From NCBI GenBank assembly GCA_000091205.1, contig AP006494.2: a stretch of 64,000 bases of DNA; one strand, 5' to 3'. This document shows positions 59,933 to 64,000 of this stretch, one piece after another (the first letter of the stretch is position 1; every line of letters begins with the position of its first letter). This DNA is from Cyanidioschyzon merolae (Eukaryota). A model generated the notes under the pieces. The model saw only the letters and a list, made by a program, of their open reading frames with translations, had not been told where the DNA came from and ran no database searches. The translations under genes were made by a program, and so were the position numbers.

Positions 59933-61993
59933 ATGCGAAAGGAATTGTCAAGTTCAGCATCCTCTGACCTTGTGATGGAGGCGGCCTGCAAGTGCCACGA
60001 ACCGAGTCACCACCAAGTTCGTGGCCTCGAAAGCTCCTTTATTACTGTACCATCGCAAGCATTATTCCGTTTATTGTCGAAGAAAGAGCTAGGCAACGAA
60101 CGACGACAAACGACGATAAACGTGAAGTCTCGCTGTTACACCTTCAGCATCTTGTACGGACAGGGAGTTCGGTACGCGCATAGTGACGTACGCCAGAGAC
60201 TTTCTGTTTCTGAACGAGCGTTTCTAACTTTCAGTAACGTAACTGATAATAGATTGTTTTTAGAAGTGACTCAGCTGCATGCTAAAACGTTGCGAGCGTG
60301 TTCAGAGCATGGGATATCTCACAGGGGCAGGGTGTCGAAGCTCGCGGAATCCGATGCCCCAGTGGCGCCTGTGGAGGGGGCCGCCACCCTGGGCGATCCC
60401 GATACACACGCAGTCAGCTACGAAGACGCTTTGGTCGAATTCCGTGAAACGGGCGACTACAAGCGTCTTTGGAGAGATATTCGTGCGCTGCGAGAGGCGC
60501 AAACTCCGATTGAGAACGGCCAGCTGAATACCCTAATGATGGCATGCATTAGGCGGAAGAAGCCGGATGTTGCAATTCGCATTTTCCATGAACTGGAGCC
60601 TTTGGTTTTGGGCTCTCCGAATATCGAATGCTACACGACGCTGATTGTGGCATACGGTCGCCTTCGTCAGGCCGACAAGGCTGTCGAAATACTCAACGAG
60701 CTGCAAGCTCGGTGCCGAACATTAAACAACGAGGAGCAGAGCGACAACCTGGCATTGTGCCCGTCGCTACGCACCTATAATGCGGTAATGAATGCATGCG
60801 TGGCCGCTGGGGACGTTGACAAAGCTCATCAAGTGTTCGGGGAGATGGTTGATGCTCAGGGCATTGCACCGAATGAAGTCAGCTATAACATCCTCCTCAA
60901 GTCTCATGCGAGGCGCGGTCGCGTGGAGGCAATGCAGCTGGTACTTGACCAGATGCGTGCAGCGGGCTGCGCGCCGTCGCTTGTGACCTATACCACTTTA
61001 GTCAAAGGCTACGTGACCGCTAACAAGCTCGAAAAAGCAGAGGAAGTTTTGAACGATATATTGTACAAGAAACGCCTGGAGCCGGACAGTCACCTCTTCA
61101 ACTGTCTTCTCGAAGGCTATGTGCGAGCAAATGATTGGAAAAAGGCGCTTAAGCTCGCGGATACAATGCGACAGCATGGTACCATGCCGGATGGCTACAC
61201 CAATACGCAGCTTGTGAAGGTTTGCATACAAGCCGGCCGCTTTGATCTGGCAGAGAAAATCGTAGAACGCATGCCACGGCCGTTGCCTTTGCAAATCTAT
61301 TCGATGATGATCAGCGGTTACGGTGATAGTGGTCGCCTCTGGAGTGCCCTGCGCCTCGCGAAGGAAATGCGTAATGATGGGGTTCATGAGAACGTTCGAA
61401 CCGTTTCAGCGCAGATGAGCGCTTGTCTGCAGGCACGAGAGCCGGCGCTTGCGCTCAGCGTCTTTCTTCGAGTGATGCGCGAGGATCCGTCTTTTGTGCC
61501 CGATCAGGTCATATACACGCTGCTTATTCGAGCGAATGGTCTGCGAGCAGATGTTGACAGCGCTTATCAGATTTTTTCACTGGTGAAGACCAAGTATTAC
61601 ACTGTTCGAACCGAGGTCTATAACGCGCTCATAGAAGCAGCGATGCTTAGTGGTCGAGACGATCTCGCGCTATCGGCACTCGATGAACTTATCGAGAAGA
61701 GTCCAGGCGTGAACGAGCAGACTTTTCAAGATTTGACTTGTGTCTGTCTCGTCGACCAGCAAAAGCAGTTTCGATTCCTGTCTCAAGTATGGAATCGTTT
61801 GCGGCCTCTAGGGGCACCAATAGATGGCCGCTTCTACGCTCGCTTTCTAGAGGTTACGAGTCATGTGGGCGACCTGGAGCTGGCACGAACCCTAATCCGT
61901 GATCGTTGGGCCGGCCACTTTTTAATTAATGGTGCAACAGCACAAGAAGTGCGTTCTCTGGAAGCATATGTAGCCGGACGGGAGGCTGCTTGA
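59933..61993 (+). CDS. Pentatricopeptide repeat (PPR) protein.
   Basis: Tandem 35-aa helical repeats show the classic PPR signatures (TYNAVMNACVAAGDVDKAHQVF..., VSYNILLKSHARRGRVEAMQL..., VTYTTLVKGYVTANKLEKAEEV...). Confidence 0.7.
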   Translation: MRKELSSSASSDLVMEAACKCHEPSHHQVRGLESSFITVPSQALFRLLSKKELGNERRQTTINVKSRCYTFSILYGQGVRYAHSDVRQRLSVSERAFLTFSNVTDNRLFLEVTQLHAKTLRACSEHGISHRGRVSKLAESDAPVAPVEGAATLGDPDTHAVSYEDALVEFRETGDYKRLWRDIRALREAQTPIENGQLNTLMMACIRRKKPDVAIRIFHELEPLVLGSPNIECYTTLIVAYGRLRQADKAVEILNELQARCRTLNNEEQSDNLALCPSLRTYNAVMNACVAAGDVDKAHQVFGEMVDAQGIAPNEVSYNILLKSHARRGRVEAMQLVLDQMRAAGCAPSLVTYTTLVKGYVTANKLEKAEEVLNDILYKKRLEPDSHLFNCLLEGYVRANDWKKALKLADTMRQHGTMPDGYTNTQLVKVCIQAGRFDLAEKIVERMPRPLPLQIYSMMISGYGDSGRLWSALRLAKEMRNDGVHENVRTVSAQMSACLQAREPALALSVFLRVMREDPSFVPDQVIYTLLIRANGLRADVDSAYQIFSLVKTKYYTVRTEVYNALIEAAMLSGRDDLALSALDELIEKSPGVNEQTFQDLTCVCLVDQQKQFRFLSQVWNRLRPLGAPIDGRFYARFLEVTSHVGDLELARTLIRDRWAGHFLINGATAQEVRSLEAYVAGREAA

Positions 61994-64000
61994 AAACCAG
62001 GAAGCCGGGCTTTGGGGGCGTTGTTGGTACCAGCACTCGAGACTAGTCTGCCTGTGCGCGCGCGTGAAGTGTCTTGCGAAAGTGTCTGTAAAGTGCCGAG
62101 GGTATTGCTGAAGCGTCGACGCGATCGCAGTTTGTGCCCTAGCTTGGGACAATGCGTGGCTCCAACGGGCGAATGACGACCCCGCACGGCATTTCGTTAC
62201 GTAGGCCCAGCAGCAAACGTTCGAGACGACTCGTTTTAAGCTTGCTGAATGTCGCTGTCTTGAAGCTTCATGCGCGAATGGATGCCCGTACTTGTCAAGA
62301 TTGGCTGCAGACAAATCGCTATTCGAAGGCGCTCGCACCGCAGGTTCTGCATACGCACCCGACATTGCTGGTGACCAAGCACAGAAGAGGACGATTGCGC
62401 GCTTATCGTGCGGAGAAGGCAAGTGATCTGCTTGGCGTTGCGTATCCTGCACGTCCCCAGAAAGCACCTCGGTTGGGGCTACAATTCTAGCGCCGCTCAT
62501 GACTTGGTCATGAGCCTCTGAAACGGTTTATTTGGAGAATAGTGATCGGTCCTGTTGGAGTCTGAGACACTCGAGGGAGCCAGCGTGGTGTGCGCTAACT
62601 TATGCCGATTCCAGTCGGTGTGCGTGCCGTCTGGAGGTGGCGATGGCCGTCTTAACGCACACAGACGAGTAAGCTTTCGCTCGGAATGAGCGTGCATCGC
62701 ACGTCGTCTCATGAGCGAGCAGGTCGGGTATCTGTGGCGCGGTTCGCAACCCCGCGCTCTGGGCTCGAATGCAGAAGGGATTCAGTGCTCTTCGAGCACG
62801 GGTGTTCATGTGATTCTAAATGGTATATCGGCAGTTACTGGGGCAGCATGCAAGCAGATATACTGGAGAGACAGCTTGCGCACGAGTGATAGAGCATCGC
62901 ATTCGGCGTCTGTACCCAGAGAAGACCGTCCAGCTTTTAACAGCCTCCGCAATTGACAGGATACCATCGAGGATCATTCCGCCTCTGACGGAAAAGTCCG
63001 TAGCATGCGGTGCTACTCCATGAGCGCACGAAACACGGATGCACCCCGTGGACAGCCTGGCCAATGAAAAGCGCTATCCAAACAGACGCATGCGTAGACC
63101 TTAGGTCAAGGATTGCCGATGGTAACCTCCATTGTTTTCGCCACATCAGCGCAACTTTGGGCACGTCGTTAGACACCGACGATTCCATATTTGCTTTTTT
63201 TCTCACAGGAACGACAAAGTTCCGCCGCAACCAGCGAAAATCATCGTTGATTCATACTCGTCTCTGTGCTCAGGAATTCATTGTTTTGGGGGGAGGGCTT
63301 CTACCATCAATGCTTTTGGCTGGCATTTTCAGCGCCTGCTGCAACGGAAACGCGACAGTCTTCTCGAGTAAACGTGGAGCCACTGGGGCGCTTGCGCCTC
63401 TGGTAGTTTTGAAAGCTGCCTAGAGCGTTTACGCTTCTAGGGATTCGCTCGCGGGCGTCTAGGGCTGCCCGACCGCCGGTCAGCGGAAGCAGGCCTCGGC
63501 AAGGCGAGGCGTTGGCTCCAGAGCTGACTCTATGCACGCCTCAGACGTGCGAACTGTGCTGAGGGATGTAGATGGGCTGCTCTTTCAGCGGCCGCCGTGG
63601 AGAGTGCTCGCGAAAATTCTTCGTCTAGAGCCCCGAAATCATCTCGTTGCCCAGAGCGTTGCCCCAATTCCGGGGGATTTTCCTGTTGCGTCGGTCGGTG
63701 CTTTTATTCTCGAGGCCATGGGGCAAAGTGGGCTCGCTCTGCTCCACGCGAGCTCGCAGCGCGTCTCCGGAACGAGCGTCGTGGCTCGAATCAGTGGCTT
63801 CAAGTGGCCGCGAGACCTCCCCGCAGCTGTAGTCGATCACGGAGTTGTGGTAGAGGTGAAGTTGGTGCGAGTGAGGGAGAGCGGGTTCGGACTTGTTCGC
63901 GCCACCATAGCAAGCAACGCTGGACACTCGCTGCATATTGGACCAACCGAGATACTGTACAAGATGCTTTAAAACAAAAGCTCCTGCTCAAGACGAATGC

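Overview
This window looks like GC-rich, intron-poor eukaryotic nuclear DNA, not a prokaryotic locus. Long single-exon ORFs sit on both strands, TGA is used as a stop codon (CDC48 ends ...DDDLYS-TGA; SMC3 also ends in TGA), and CAG/CTG, GGT and GTGTGC-type microsatellites are frequent. The gene content and architecture suggest a stramenopile or oomycete-like protist, but the host cannot be fixed from sequence alone. Recognisable genes are CDC48/p97, a very large CAMK-like protein kinase, SMC3, a METTL10-like methyltransferase, mitochondrial ATP synthase gamma, a type-I DnaJ, a bile-acid:sodium symporter (BASS), 6-phosphogluconate dehydrogenase carrying an apparent +1 frameshift, a uroporphyrinogen-III synthase-like protein, NEDD8 and a PPR protein. 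There are also several hypothetical proteins. The notable accessory content is transposon debris. Four decayed, same-strand copies of a Fanzor/TnpB-like element (the eukaryotic RNA-guided RuvC nuclease family) are present, and one is nearly full length. One copy lies directly next to a Tc1/IS630-type DDE transposase pseudogene, and a second DDE fragment sits elsewhere. The Fanzor copies share a 3'-terminal motif with a small hairpin that is conserved above background, which fits a remnant of the omega-RNA scaffold or right end. A 1.33-kb direct repeat, about 98-99% identical between copies, occurs twice about 17 kb apart and brackets the CDC48-kinase-SMC3 block. No rRNA, tRNA or CRISPR features were found.
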